Notes: generated by a model not told the origin, from the letters alone. 63,719 bases of DNA, filler included, from Mitosporidium daphniae (GCF_000760515.2; 6 parts of 6 records of this genome joined end to end with filler, not necessarily neighbours in it), one strand, 5' to 3'; positions 22,556 through 36,535 are shown, counted from the first letter of the whole stretch. A program made the numbers and translations.

Positions 22556-25500
22556 ATGTTGCGGCGATGTAGTATCACGTCTGTTTTCAAAACATCAAGC
22601 AAGAGATCAGCAAAACCTTCACAATTTTTGTCAATTGGCATAGGCACAATTTGTTTTTCAACAAGGCGTGTTTTTCATCTCCAAACAATCACCTCTTGTT
22701 CATTTAGTGTGTCCTACGTTCAAAATAGAACTTTATCCAACGGCTCAAAGGAATCAGAGGAACATGCACTTGATTACTCCAAAACGATTCTGCTACCAAA
22801 GTCGCCATTCAAAATCCAGACCACTTTTGAGGAAGAGAAAAATTATTTCACCACCAAAGTCGACAACGAATATCGGCACCAAAGAGATGGGCCTTCTCCA
22901 TTCGTTCTTCTTGATGGGCCTCCATTTGCAAACGGAAACTTACACATTGGACATGCACTCAACAAAATCCTAAAAGATATCTTTCTTCGGATTAAAATGC
23001 TCGAGGGGCATTCAGTGAGGTTTGACCTTTCCGCCTTTCCATTTTTAGGATGATCCCCGGTTGGGATGTCCACGGCCTTCCTGTTGAAATTAAGGCTATT
23101 CAAGAACTTCCACAGCCATTGGCACAACAAAAAAAGGAGCCATTGGCAATGGCTATTCGAAGGAAAGCTTTCGATGTGGCTGAACGTTACATCAAGATTC
23201 AAAAGGAGCAGTTTATATCACTTGGTATCATGGGTGATTGGGACGCTTTTTATTGTACCAAAGGTGTGCTAACTCGGCTTATAATTTTAGATCCATCCTA
23301 TGAAGCCCGTGAGCTACGGCTCCTCAAAAAGCTCCTTGAAAAGAATCTTTTAAAGCGAACTCTCAAACCCATTTACTGGTCGCCCTCTTCCCAAACCGCA
23401 CTCGCCGAATCAGAGCTGGAGTATGATAATAATTATAGAAGCACTGCTCTTTATTTTTCATATCCGTTACTTGAAGATGAGCAGAGCGTTTCATGTAGCC
23501 TTGAGGACGGAGAGCATTTTCCTGTGTCAAATAATTCTTCGCCATCAAATGGTTGTTCTTTATCACTGCTCATTTGGACAACTACGCCGTGGACGATACC
23601 TTCAAACATGGTAATTACCCGGCTCTGTTTACCATTAGGCTCTTGCAATAAATTCTACGCTTCCATATCTCATCATTGAAGAACAAGCCTCGAAGCAGAA
23701 ATTTATCATATCTGAAGCTGCATTTTCGACCATACAAAGGGACGTATTTCCAAATATAAAGCCTATTTCCCATATAAAAGGAGATCAGCTTATTGGTCGC
23801 AAATATCGTGACCCCGCATTTGGGGGGTTTACTAGGCGGATTCTAAATGCCCCTTGGGTAGAGGCCTCAAAAGGCACAGGAATCGTACATATAGCCCCTG
23901 CCCATGGACACGAAGATTTTGAGCTGTGGAAAAGTACTGGTCAGCATCAAATTATTGATTTTGTTGGGGATGATGCCAGGTTTTCGTCTACCGCACCACA
24001 TTCGAAACTTTGTGGCCTTGAGGTGCTTTCAGAAGAGACAACATGCATTATTGTTGGGATCCTGAAAGAGCACTCTATGTTCGCTAGTCTAATCCCATCG
24101 TACCAACACTCTTATCCTGTCGATTGGCGAACTAAGGGGCCCATAATTATAAGGTATCCGCCTTTAATTTATCTTGTAGAGCAATACACCAGTGGCACAT
24201 TACTCTCGAGTCAATTCAATCAGATGTAAATTCTCTAATTGGAAGCGAAAAAAGCTGCTCATCATTGAATCCATCCCAAGATCCATCTGTTCCTAGTCGG
24301 CTACTTTCAGCAATGCAGGGCCGCTCTTCTTGGTGCATTTCCAGGCAACGCTCTTGGGGTATTCCCATACCCTTCTTTTATAACATTGAAAATGAAGAAC
24401 CTCTCATCTCCCCAGAGATCATTGAACATGTCGCAAAGCTTGTGGAATCTAATCCTAGAGGTTCCGACTGTTGGTGGGAGGAGCCTATTTCAACGCTTCT
24501 CCCTCCCTCTATGAAAAGCCTTTGCTCTGTTCTCGAAAAGGGCTATGATACCTTGGATTGCTGGTTTGATAGCGGGTCCGCTTGGTCAATTCTCCCCAAT
24601 CAGTCAGATGTCGTTATTGAAGGTATTGATGACTATCTGAATCTAGGTGTCGATCAACTTCGAGGATGGTTCCAGTCTCTTATTCTTACATCTGTTGGTG
24701 CCATTAATAGGCTTCCATTTAAGCAATGTATCCTGCATGGCTTTGTATTGGACGAAAGCGGCCTGAAGATGTCAAAGAGCATCGGAAATGTGATTGATCC
24801 CACAAACTTTATCCGCAAGCATGGCATAGAAACTCTTCGCTTATGGGTGGCCTCCTCTGATTACCGCTCAGAGTTGAAAATTGGACCACAAATTATTGCC
24901 TCCATCACAGAAATGAAAAAGAAAATCAGAAACACGGTGAAATTTATGCTGGCCAATGTTTCTGATCTGAAAAACACTACTCCTGCGAAAGTGAATCACA
25001 TTTTAGCTGTTGGTTTATCACAGGTAGATGACGCCATCAAGAATGGCTATTCGAAAATAGATTCCAATACTCAAGCTACCATAAGCGATCTCGATTTAAA
25101 ATCTTTCCATCGTTCCAACTCGATCATTTCCTCGGTAAAGATATTTTCCTCCTAATTGATAATAGCGAGAGCAGTATATGATATTACTTCTTGCAGACCT
25201 TGAGGCCCAAGTACGATCGGCATATGTTAAATTCGAACCATTTACAGGTGCACATTTGGATCCGTGATTTCTAGCTCTTGCTGCAATCAATTCATTTCTC
25301 ACAAACCATCTTTCAGCATTCTACTTTGAGATGGTCAAAGATATTCTTTATTGCTATCCTAGGGAGGCCCCAGAACGACTCTCCATCCAACATTGCCTTA
25401 TAAAAGTTTACATATGGCCCCATGTCCTTATTTTAGGTTCTATCGTCATTCCAGTGGATACTCTTTCCTATTCTGCCATATACAAGCCATCAGATACAGG

Positions 25501-26038
25501 AGCTGATATCTCAATTCTCACAAGTTGCGATTGCCTTTCCAAAGGCGGGCAGCACAGATTTCAATACCCAAACCAACAATGATGTTCTTGTTAAGCACTG
25601 GGGGCTTTTACGCGAACTCAAGCATACTTTCAATCGACTGATGGATGCAATGCGTAGGTCCCAGTAATATAAATGGTGATAACTCTCGTTAGCGTTGCTA
25701 CAAAGCCCGAGCAGTGCCAACTATCAATCGAAGCCAAGGGGCCGCTTCTGAGGTCCGCTCTTGCTTTGCTCAAGGAGAATGAGATGCTTGCCCTATTTCA
25801 AGTGGCATACGTGTCCATCTCAGCTGGTACGCTTCCGCCAAGCAGGGATACCCCAGAAGCAAACATGCTGAGCGATAAGCTTTCAAATGGAGAAGGTATT
25901 CCATTAATTCTATTCATAGGCTTTACCCTTGTTGTAACCTTATCACCAAAACATCGATGTCCCCGTTGCTGGCTCCACAGAGCCGATGTTTTCGCATCCC
26001 CGTGCATTCGTTGCGCAGAAGCTCTTGAAAATAAATAA
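22556..26038 (+). CDS. ISM1: Mitochondrial (bacterial-type) isoleucyl-tRNA synthetase, ~11 exons
   Basis: DGPPFANGNLHIGH, WTTTPWT, GTGIVH, WCISRQR, KMSKS and C-terminal CPRCW..CIRC. Confidence 0.93.
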
Positions 26039-26214
26039 TTATTGAAGTTTTTGTTGTTGTGTATCGTTTTCGACATATTGGCCGATTTATAGCTTAATAA
26101 CAATGTGAGTGCAATTAGAGCCTCTCAAGGGACAAGAATCGAGCGTGGGTTAGGGTCAGCCAGTGGCGGTCCAGCGGTTAGATAGCTCAAGGAGGATTAG
26201 ATAGTACATACTTT

Positions 26215-29200
26215 TTATTGAAAGATGCTTGCGGTGGCTGTCCGCACGAACTGTAGATGTGTGTCTGTATGTTCTGGGATACCGCCAAAATATCCTACAC
26301 AGCATAAAGACAAGAAATCTCACCTTTTCGCCGAAGAGTCCTGCGGCAAAACTCATAAACGGTCATCAGGAGCCCTGTACCGATAGGCATCAATATTGTC
26401 CACCCTTTAATCGGTGCTGCAGGGACCAGTATATGCACGAACGGCACAAAAATGATCGCCGCTACAAGTTAAGAGAGCCCAAATGGTACCCAAAATCACC
26501 AAGCTGGCGACGATGGAGAGCAATGATCGCCGATTTCTACTTGATTAGTGGAAAAAATACCTGAAGGCATCCAAGCCAAACGGATACTCGTATAGCTTCT
26601 TTACCATGAAGAGGGTAAAAATTTGCCCCATCACAATGGCCATAAAGTATGCAGATTGCGCCGAAAGCAGAATGTCCATTTGGGTGGTCCAATTGCCAAC
26701 GCCAGGCAGATCTGGTGCTCCGATTTTGAAATTGTTTTGAGCGGCACCAACAAGAGCAAAAGGCCGGATACCTCTGAGTGCAAACTCGCAAAAATATGCC
26801 AAAAAACATCCTGCTGTGACAAAAACTCCACCCTGGAGATAGGCCCAAAGCACAAGATCTGTGTCTACAAGCACCTCTCCGGTCTCCTCGCGTGTAAAAT
26901 TTCTCCGATACCATTTGAAGATGCCTGACCATTTCCGTCGAAAGAAAGAGTCGAAATGCTGATCACTTTTCAGCACTTTCCGAAAATTATCACCATCACC
27001 ACTAGTGGCGCCATCATGATCTTGCATATCTCCATGGAGCTTGGCCTGATTTTCTGCAGAAACAAGTGCGCTTTCTGAAAAGGAAGCTGGTAGTTCTGAA
27101 AGCGTGGCCATTGATAGCGGTAGCCCAGAAAAGACAATTGGGGGCTGATGAGCTGAGGCTGCAAGCAACGTTGACGTTGCTAAATGTGGTGCCAGCGCCT
27201 CACCGCTGCCCAAGCTTAGGGGAAGAGTCTCATATGGACGGTACTTTTTCAGTGTTGTCGAAATAGACGCTGCCAGCGGGCGAGTGGCACCCATTGCCAT
27301 CATAAAGGAGGGCGTGGGCATCAGTGTTGAATACCTGCGGATTGCCTCCTTCTGCTCTTTAAGCCTACGGTCACCTGCTCCAGCGTCATATTGTGAGCAA
27401 CTCATTGCGGATGTACACAACACCTTTCTGGGCGGCACTAGCATGAGATCCGATTCTGGGCGTTCCCAGGCAAGTTAAATTGACGGTGCCAGCTCCGTGG
27501 CAAGATCGATCGTCAGCAATAGCAATGTATTGATGGGTAATGGTATCTCCAAAACCAAAAAGCAGAGGAAGGCCATGATTTCAGGCAAAGAGTGTGTCAG
27601 CGTGTATCTGATCGATTTTTTCAAGTTGGCGAACAGCAACCTTCCTTGCTCGATGCCTATGAGTAAGAATGGTCGAGTATTTGAAAAATCGATCATTTGA
27701 AAGATAAAGCAAATAGGTCGATATTAAGGATGCAAAAAACTAGCGGCAATCGATGCTCACCTGAAACAATAGAGCAAAAGTCGTCATCAAGCAGAACCAT
27801 TGCGGCGGCCTCTTTGGAAACATCGGAGGCCGAAACATTCATGGAGATGCCGAGATCAGCCTTTTTGAGTGCTGGTGCATCATTAACGCCATCTCCAGAG
27901 ACACCTACAATATGACCTTTGGCTTGACATCGCGTTACAATCTCCAACTTATGACGTGGAGATGTGCGTGCAAAAACGATTTCAGAGTGTGAAAGAACTT
28001 GATCCCAAGCTAAATCTGTCAGTCTATCAATGGCATCTCCGTGAACAACAATGCCTTCCGCGGGAACCCTGTATGCAGAGTCCGCAACATCAGCCTTGAC
28101 TTGGCCTGCGATAGCATCTTTGCCACAGCCAACATCTGGTGCATCAATGCGCTCAATGTCTCCTTGTAAAATTCCAACACGCCTCGCAATAGCCTACACC
28201 CGTAAGCGATGGCTCATACCTCAGCGGTTAGTGGATGGTCGCCAGTGACCATGACTACCTGGATTCCAGCCATCCGCAAAGCATTGACCGCACGCCGCAC
28301 ACCTGATTTTGGCGGATCCATCAATCCAACAAGCCCGACCAATGTAAATCCAAGCCAACTAGAAGATGACGATCCCTTGGGCGCAGGCGGGACATCTTTA
28401 CCATCAACATTGGAAGCTTTAACAGAAACACAGGAAACCGGATCAATTAGGAAGGATCGCAATGCATCTACGTCTGAAGATGTCCAAGCACAATCAACAG
28501 GAAAAAGATCACCTGGCAATGCCAATGATGCTAATCCCAGCACACGACGACCCTGTGCTGCCATTTGGGCATAAGTAGCCTCAAAGTCAGCCTGTGCCAC
28601 ATCGTTCCACGGCAGCTTCAATGTGCCGCTGAGCAAATGAGTACATCGAGCAGCAACTCGCTCGGGAGCGCCTTTGAGCATGGCCATGAAAAAGCCGTCC
28701 ACGTGGTCGTAGCGATGAACAGTCAAATGCCACTTGTTATGTGATGTGAATGGGATCTCCCATACTTTTGGATGTTCCGCAATGATGCGCTCATCAAGGT
28801 TTGGTTCGCACTCCAGGGCGAATTTGAAGAGCCCCACTTCCGTGGCATCGCCAAAGATTTTGAATTGAGAAGGCAGGACGCTGTTAAGGTTACTTGTTTT
28901 GTTATTTGTACTAGCGGATGATTTGTTTGAGCTTAGACTGGCTGCTTCAGGTGATGACACGGGGCCATTGCTCTCCGAAAATGGCATGGAATTGGTTGAT
29001 TTAGGGCTGATAGCGCTTTCAGAGAAGCCGCATCTGCATTTGGAGCAGAGAGCGCAGATCTCAATCAACTGCTGTGCATTTGGCGTTGTTTCCAACGCAA
29101 ATCTACGACGTTGCGCTGTCTCCTCTGTAGACACAGAAGAGGAGACACCATAGAGCACCGAGTTCATCCATATCTCGCTGACACTCATACGATTTTGCGT

Positions 29201-30689
29201 TAATGTTCCCGTTTTATCAGTGGCCAATAACGTAATGGCGCCAAGCGTTTCTACACCATGCAAATCTTTTACGAGCACATTTCGCGCCGCCATCTTTTTG
29301 GCGGAAAGCGTTAAAAGAGCCTGAAATCAAGAGAAAATCCGTACCGTGACAGTAAGCGGTAGCCCCTCAGGCACGAAGGAGATAAAAACGCCAACGGCAA
29401 AGCTAAAATTCATGCCCAAAGACAGGTTGCGCACCAACCCAAAACAGAAGAAAAATATTGCCGTTGTGATGGCCACGACCGCTAACACCTTGACAAAGAT
29501 ATCGATTTCACGCGTTAATTGCGACGGTCGCCGTTCGCCACTCATGGTCAGGCCAGCGATTTGACCGAGCATTGTGGCATCTCCAATGCGCACAACAATT
29601 CCAAGCCCCTCTCCAGAGACTGCAATCGATCCATTGAATATGAGATTTGCAGCCTCTTGTGGCGGCAAACCTGCTGCAGAAACTGCCGTGCTTCGCTCTT
29701 GCGGCTCTGACTCGCCTGTCAGGGATGAGTTGTCCATCTATGTATTAGTTTGGGGGGGGGCATGATGGCTAAGATAAAAAAGGAAGGAAATCCGAACAGT
29801 GAAAATAGTAAATCCGAATAGTGGAAATAGTAAATCCGAACAGTGGAAATAGTAAATCCGGCCGAGATTGAAGCAAAATTTTTACCTTAAGCTCATCGCA
29901 ATGTACCAAACGCATGTCTGCAGGGACTTTGTCACCGCTACGCACTAGTACAAGGTCGCCTGGGACAAGCTCCGAAGCCTGGTGGACCTGTAGCCTGCCA
30001 TCGCGCAAAACCATTGTGTTTTGTGGAATCATTTGCTACGTGTTGTTAAAAGCATGCCTTACTTTGAAGGAGGCCAACAACGAAGCAGTGCGATACTCCT
30101 GCAGAAACTCCATCGCTGCGTTGGTAAAGGAGACTATGAACAGAACAATCCCAAGATAGAGCTACAATAAGAAGAGAAATGCTACATTTTCCACGCTAGA
30201 GTTTTTCGCGGTTGCAAATAAGACCAGGCTCATAAACCCTACAAATGAGAGCCAGAAAGCAACAGGGAAAACTGGGGGGAAATCGGAAAATCAAGCAAGA
30301 AAAAAGAACACACCTGCAAGCATTAGCAAGATGTTGAAAATGCTCAACAAGCACGTCATGAACCGCCGAATCGCAGATATGCGGCGAGGAGGCGAAAGCT
30401 GGTTAAGCGCGCCATTCATTCGCCGGTACTCGTCCACCTGCTCAGTGGTCAGCCCGACATTCTGCATTGCCAAGGCGGTGGGCGAAAAAGAGGTGCCATA
30501 CCTGGCGCAAACCTCCTCGATTTCGATCAAATGCTCGTCAATGGGAACAAAGTGTGTATCCAAGGATGGCGGTATGTCCGCAATGAGCGGTCTCTCCTCG
30601 GCCTCCTTTGATGGGATCTCGATATTAATGTGAGAGGCACGTGTGCCCCCATTGGCCGCTGCAATACCAGCACTGACCATGCCATCCAT
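26215..30689 (-). CDS. P2C (Na+/K+- or H+/K+-type) P-type ATPase alpha subunit, multi-exon, one in-frame TAA at 27475-27477
   Basis: DNSSLTGESEPQ, VPEGL, DKTGTLTQNRM, GDATE, KGAPER, TGDHPLTA, GDGVNDAPALKKAD and GRLLFANLKKSI. Confidence 0.9.
29788..29860. repeat. 22-bp tandem repeat (~3.3 copies) inside an ATPase intron
   Basis: Unit AAATCCGAACAGTGGAAATAGT; expands the intron to ~148 nt. Confidence 0.9.
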
Positions 30690-30990
30690 CAAATCGAAAA
30701 TTTCATAATTTCGGGATCCTAGATCAACGATCAGCACAACAATGCAACTCTACTGGCCTAATCGTAAATTGCATCCAATTGCAAGTTGCAATCACAATTT
30801 AGTCCCGAAATATCACCTCATATAAATTTCGGAAGGCCATCATCATCATCATGATCTGCAAAGCATATAATCAGCATAGTGCAGCACGATGAAGAATCAT
30901 GGCCATCAACATTGCCAGGATGGTGCCAAAATCAAGCCAGTGCCGAGCGATTTTTACACAGATGTCAATACATGATTTGTTTTATTCGGT

Positions 30991-32241
30991 TTACACAACC
31001 TGGATGCGGTCATCTGCAGAGGGACAGTACAAGTTCAACGGGTATTGCAATTCGCGATGCTTCTCCGCCAGTGGGCGAAAGAGGTCGTTCCTAATGGATA
31101 AGAGTTGAGGGTTACCAAATCGCAATGGCAAGTGTCTGGTGGCCAAGCAGTGAAAGATGGAAACAGTCCAACTTGCTTATGAACTCAATGGGGACATCAC
31201 GTTCTAGATTGATTTCCGTCAATTGTGGTGAAAGGATGACTGCAAAGTCTTTCATGAGCGGCACACGAACACCACGATCGATATCAAAAACGGTATAAGC
31301 CTTCCAAACATCCTCTAACATTTCGTTGTACACTTTCATGCGTTCCTTGAGTATTTCTCGTCCAAACTCGGAACGGCAACATGGACAAAGGTATTTGCGT
31401 AGCCAATTCACATTTGAGCATCGTTCTTTGTCTCGTGTCCAAAGATCTAACGGAGAGACATCAAGCAGCTGGACGATGTTTACAATCGTTTTCGGGTAAT
31501 TTTCTGAAATCTGCTCCATTAGGTCCATGACCTGTTTCTTGAAGGTCTTCGGATGCCTCGGTGAATTTGGGTTTTCCGGAAATGCCTTTTCGCAATCAGG
31601 AACACACAAATCGTTCATTCCAATGAAAAGTGTCACCATCTAAAAATTATCGTCGTTACCGTAACATCACGTACCTTCCATTCTGCAGAGAGATCGATGT
31701 TGGTTTGGTTTGCAAGCTTTTTGAGTTGGTTGTTTATGTACACAAATTGCTTACTAAGAGCATCAGATTTGGAGCCACTAATGGCGGCATTGAGATTGTC
31801 AACCTTGGAACTATAGAGCCAGCTAAATGGCGGGCACCAACCGCGCAAGCACATTCGCACGAATCGTTTGCCTCTGGAAGCTCCTAGTGGTCTTTTGTTC
31901 GTGTTGATGTTGGCGTCGATGTCTCTACGCCTTGCAAATGGATTCCAAGACGGATAGACGTTTGAATAATAAGGGAACGACTTTTCTTCCTCTTCCAAAA
32001 AAGGCGAATCTTCAGCCGCAGACATAGGCATGTTCTCATCTCCAAAAAAGCCACCCAAATTAAGATAGGTCTCTTCCATATCTTCCTCCTGCTCCTCATC
32101 TTGCTGAAAAGGAGCTATATTATCATTCTTGTGATAATGAGCAATGAAATTGGCAATTGAATTAGCCCCCTTATCTCCGCCCATGGAAAAGCTATGGCCC
32201 CTGAACTCTTTCCACGACATGGGGTTGAAAATCAAGCTTGT
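30991..32241 (-). CDS. Phospholipase B1-like GDSL/SGNH lipase, 5' truncated
   Basis: EFRGHSFSMGGD, LNAAISGS, WK|MVTLFIGMNDLC and DCFHLSLLGH. Confidence 0.85.
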
Positions 32242-32341
32242 NNNNNNNNNNNNNNNNNNNNNNNNNNNNNNNNNNNNNNNNNNNNTTAATTAATTAANNN
32301 NNNNNNNNNNNNNNNNNNNNNNNNNNNNNNNNNNNNNNNNN
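32242..32341. other. Artificial contig linker
   Basis: N-run/TTAATTAATTAA/N-run. Confidence 0.98.
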
Positions 32342-33381
32342 GGATAAATGGCAGCATTTTTCTGCTGCATTGGCACACATCTGATTTGCCAAAAGTGTAC
32401 CAACACTTGGAAGAACGGCAGAAATCTCGAGCGGTATTGCATTCGTATATTTCGAATGAAAGATAACGAAAAAAGAAAACATACGAGCACCCAAAGATGG
32501 AGTGATGCGGATGAATTAAGCTCCAGAATGAATAGCAAGAAAAGTAAGATTAGCCGAAAAATCTGCAGTATCTGTGGCGATAATGCAGTGCGATTTCAGG
32601 GGCATTCTGGTGGATGATGCTAATAGTGGAATTACCACGAAATTTGTGATGATGATCCATCGAAAAAGCATTGATGAATCGGTATTGTAAATGATCGAAA
32701 AGAAATTGGGAAACCCAATGTTCAAACACGTGGGAGTGTAGACAATAAATGTGTCGTTTGCATGGCCAATATTTGAAGGAACTTTTACCAAACAAAAGGC
32801 AAGACAAAACAGAAGAAACGAGGCGTTCATCAAGCTGGCCCCATCATTTCGAGCTCAAAAGGCAACACTGTTTGTTCCGTTGTTTGTGGCAATAATACTA
32901 ACAGCATGTTCACAAGCATCAAATGGTGTCCAGACCAGTTTTGTGTTGACATTAATCGAAGAGATGTCTTTGGCACTGAAAACGACGTCAAGTGGTGAGG
33001 CGATTTCAATTGTAGACAGATTATCAGCATCAAATGAAGAAAGAATCAAAATTTATGGGCACCAGAAACGCCAAGTCAAAGCGAAGAGACAACGTTCATA
33101 CGATAGAAGCCATGCTTCATGGGAGAAATTGATATAAATGTAAAAGCTATTGAGGAGAAGGTTAAAAAGCGAAAATGTTGGTAAGAAAATAGAATGATTA
33201 GTTGCGAAAATCTAGCTCATCCATAGATGCATGGTGCACTTTTGGTTCAGATATCTTAGAAAAACAAAGCAAAAGCATTTATAAATTGCAAAGAACCCAA
33301 AAAACAGCAAATATAGCAACAAGGAGCAGATTTCATACTTGATGGCGAAATTGGCCTATTCACGTTTTTGGAAAAATAGGA

Positions 33382-33450
33382 ATCCATCGATGCACCCATC
33401 CATGCATCCATCGATACACCCATCCATGCATCCATCGATGTACCCATCCA
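33382..33450. repeat. 24-bp tandem repeat (~3 copies) upstream of PRP38
   Basis: Unit ATCCATCGATGCACCCATCCATGC. Confidence 0.88.
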
Positions 33451-33514
33451 AGTTGCCTGATAAAATTTAATTTCAAAATAAAAACCGCATGNAATTTTGG
33501 TGCCCCCAATTCAA

Positions 33515-34087
33515 ATGTCCATTAATACGCTTCCGGGTACAAAGTCGATCCATGGAACGGACCCACAGTTTCTTATTGAAAAAATAGTTCGAGAACGAAT
33601 ATATGAAAGCCTGTATTGGAAGCAGGAATGCTACGATCTTACTACAGAATCCTTGGTGGAAAAGGCCGTGCGTCTTTCACACATTGGAAGTACCTTTGGC
33701 GGCAATCAAAAGCCGACCCCATTTCTCTGCCTACTACTGAAGTTGTTACAGTTACAGCCAGATTTTGAAATAGTCTATGCATTGATAAAAGACCCTACAT
33801 TCAAGTATCTTCGCATTCTAGCCTCTTTTTATTTACGGCTTGTTGGTCGTCCTCGCGACATATATGAAAATCTGGAGCCGCTATATTCAGATTACAGGAA
33901 GATTAGGGTAAAAGCACCCTCTTCCGATTATTATCTTTTGTGCATTGACCAAGTTATTGAGACACTGCTTAATGAGGATGGAATCTTTTCGATTCACCTA
34001 CCAAGGATACCCAAACGGCGAGACGTCGAGGCGAAAGACGGCTTGGCACCCAGAACTTCTTGCCTTGCCGACCAATTGACCTCATAA
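33515..34087 (+). CDS. PRP38: Pre-mRNA splicing factor Prp38
   Basis: IHGTDPQFLIEKIVRERIYESLYWK, KPTPFLCLLLKLLQLQP and FKYLRIL. Confidence 0.95.
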   Translation: MSINTLPGTKSIHGTDPQFLIEKIVRERIYESLYWKQECYDLTTESLVEKAVRLSHIGSTFGGNQKPTPFLCLLLKLLQLQPDFEIVYALIKDPTFKYLRILASFYLRLVGRPRDIYENLEPLYSDYRKIRVKAPSSDYYLLCIDQVIETLLNEDGIFSIHLPRIPKRRDVEAKDGLAPRTSCLADQLTS

Positions 34088-34231
34088 AGAGCGATATAAA
34101 CCTCGACCCCGTTTTATACATAAATAAATAATTCGCTACTGCTCAACTGGGTAGGCGCTTTGAATTTAATTAATTGGCCAACTCTGGTTAATCCGTCAAA
34201 AGCACCTACTTTACAATTAGCCGTTGTCTGT

Positions 34232-34575
34232 ATGTCACTAAAATGTCCCTCATGCAACGAATGTCCAATTATTGGCAAAAGCTTCGTGAACCATTGCCTC
34301 CCAACTGCGTTAGACTTTGCAGAATTATTTCAGAATGAGCTTGTAAGTTGTTGGAGATCGCCGTCATTTTATAGATCAGCAGAATTTTCCATGACAAGCT
34401 CTCAAAAGGTAACTGGCGGTGTGTAGATGGAGATGAATTTACATTCATGAATATTGGCGTCACAAAGCCGCTTCAGGGCAATCCACTGATCTCTAGACTT
34501 CTTTATTGCCCAGATTGCGAAAGCATCATAGGAATTGTGACGTTGCTTCAAAAATACTTGCTCCTCATCCCATAA
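34232..34575 (+). CDS. Mss4/Dss4 (RABIF)-like Zn-binding Rab chaperone, 2 exons
   Basis: CPSC; after a gtaagt..tag intron, WRCVDGDEFTFMNIGVTK and LLYCPDCESIIG. Confidence 0.75.
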
Positions 34576-34758
34576 TTCCCACGGTAGCGTAATAACCATC
34601 CGACCTATTTCGAAAACTGGCCAAAAGAGCTCCCTATGCCGATCCTGGAGGCTAATAAACGAATTGGGGTTACTCTCCAGAATGTTAGGGTTAGGGTCGG
34701 TTTGGTGAGGCAATTTAGGGTTAACCTTGTTGTAGGTTGCAAATTTCGTGGAAATTTT

Positions 34759-36486
34759 ATGCAGGCAGAATTGAAGGCGTCTGGCGATTCTTCCTTTAAT
34801 CGTATGTGTATCATTCCACCTACCCTTCACAGGCCAAAATTATCGCGAAGCAACTAAATTTTATGAAAAGGCACTGACAACAGGATGTGATGCTTCCATC
34901 CTATGCAACAAAGCGTTATGCCATTTTAAGCTTCAAGAATGGGACGAGTGCCTTACGGCCTCGTCGGCTGCAATAGTTCTTTTACCCTCCTATGAAAAGG
35001 TTCTTCAATTGCACTGTAATTGTATAGGCCCATTTTTACAAAGTTTCATCGCTCATTAAACTTCGGCAGCCGCAAAAGGCAATCGAGGCATGTCGAGTGG
35101 TATTTTTGAGGCCAGATTACGATTTCCATTAGATCCTGAACAAAAGTGAGCCCCAAAGCCAGCTTTTCATTGACAAGTTGAAGGAGGCTGAAAGACTTCA
35201 ACGGTCGCTTACCTTTGAAGCTGCCATCCATATTCCCCAGAAAGAGCTCTCCATCTCCCTTATTCTCAAATCAGGTAAAATGTAAACAATTTATCCATAG
35301 AGGTTCCGCCATCTGGTGTTTACACGGGTCCTCGTTTGCTGGATGAAACAAAAACGATATCCTCTGTGCACGATATCCTTATACCGATTCAATGGATTTG
35401 TAACGAGCTGGTTCCTTTTCTTCGAGAGAAGACACCATCCCTTCCCATTCGATATGTTTACCAGGTAACGTTCAAATGATCATGATGACATTTATTATCC
35501 TCAGATTATGTTCAAGGCATATGAAATGTTCAGGCTCTCTCCCCGCTCACCTCTTGTAAGGGTGGATGTTCCCCACAACTGTAAGATCACCATTTGTGGG
35601 GATGTTCACGGCCAATTTTTGGATTTGATTAACATTTTTGAGATTAATGGATGGCCGTCAAAGTCACACTACTATTTATTCAATGGCGATTTCGTCGATC
35701 GAGGCCCCTTTTCTGTCGAAACCATATTGACTCTTCTTTCGCTCAAATGTGCATTCCCCTCTTCCTTCTTTATGAATAGAGGAAACCATGAGACATCAAC
35801 GATGAACAAAATTTATGGCTTTGAGGCGGAATTGACAAAAAAATACTCCTCCTATCCAGAACTTTTTGGACTTTTCCAGGATCTTTTTAATTCTCTTCCT
35901 CTTTGCCATGTCATCCAATCGGAGATTTTTGTAAGCTACCATATGATCGTTAAATTTATCCCATAGGTCTCCCATGGCGGGATTCCTCGTGAAGGAGATA
36001 TCACGCTGGCACAGATTGAAAAGATCGACCGATTTTCTCCTGCGATCCAAGATAGTAGGCTGGAAATGCACTTTACTAACCTTACAGAAACAATCGTGGA
36101 GGACCTACTTTGGGCAGATCCAACAGAAGGAACCGGCATCCTCCCTTCACAGAGAGGAACATCGGTCATGTTTGGAAGTGATATTACAGAGAAATTTCTT
36201 GCGACCAATAATCTCAGTAAGCTTGTAACCATTTTAATTCAGAACGCATCATCCGCTCACACGAGTATAAGGAAGAAGGTTATGCAACCATGCATCAGGG
36301 ATGTTGCGTTACAATATTTTCTGCTCCAGGATATATGTATGTCTAATCACCCAATTTTCCAATCTTAGGAGCGGAACTAATGCAGGAGCTTTTATCAACA
36401 TTGAGGCCCAGAAACAAGCCGGAGACGACATGCCCACGCTTGGGCCGCTTTCATTTGTCAAGTTTAATAAAGTTCAGGAGAGCTGA
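34759..36486 (+). CDS. PPT1: Protein phosphatase 5 (TPR plus PPP domain), ~10 exons
   Basis: N-terminal TPRs; CGDVHGQF, NGDFVDRG, NRGNHET, DLLWADP, IIRSHE and TIFSAP. Confidence 0.9.
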
Positions 36487-36535
36487 ATGCTTAAATTTTA
36501 ATTACACTTTAAATTAAAATTTTCTTATCCCTAAA

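Noticed and set aside
32342..33140. Fragmentary ORFs at a contig start
   Set aside because: No consistent gene model or motif could be built.
34402..34857. ORFs 34402-34830 (-) and 34636-34857 (+)
   Set aside because: Better explained by the Mss4-like exon, a TTAGGG-rich promoter and the first PP5 exons.
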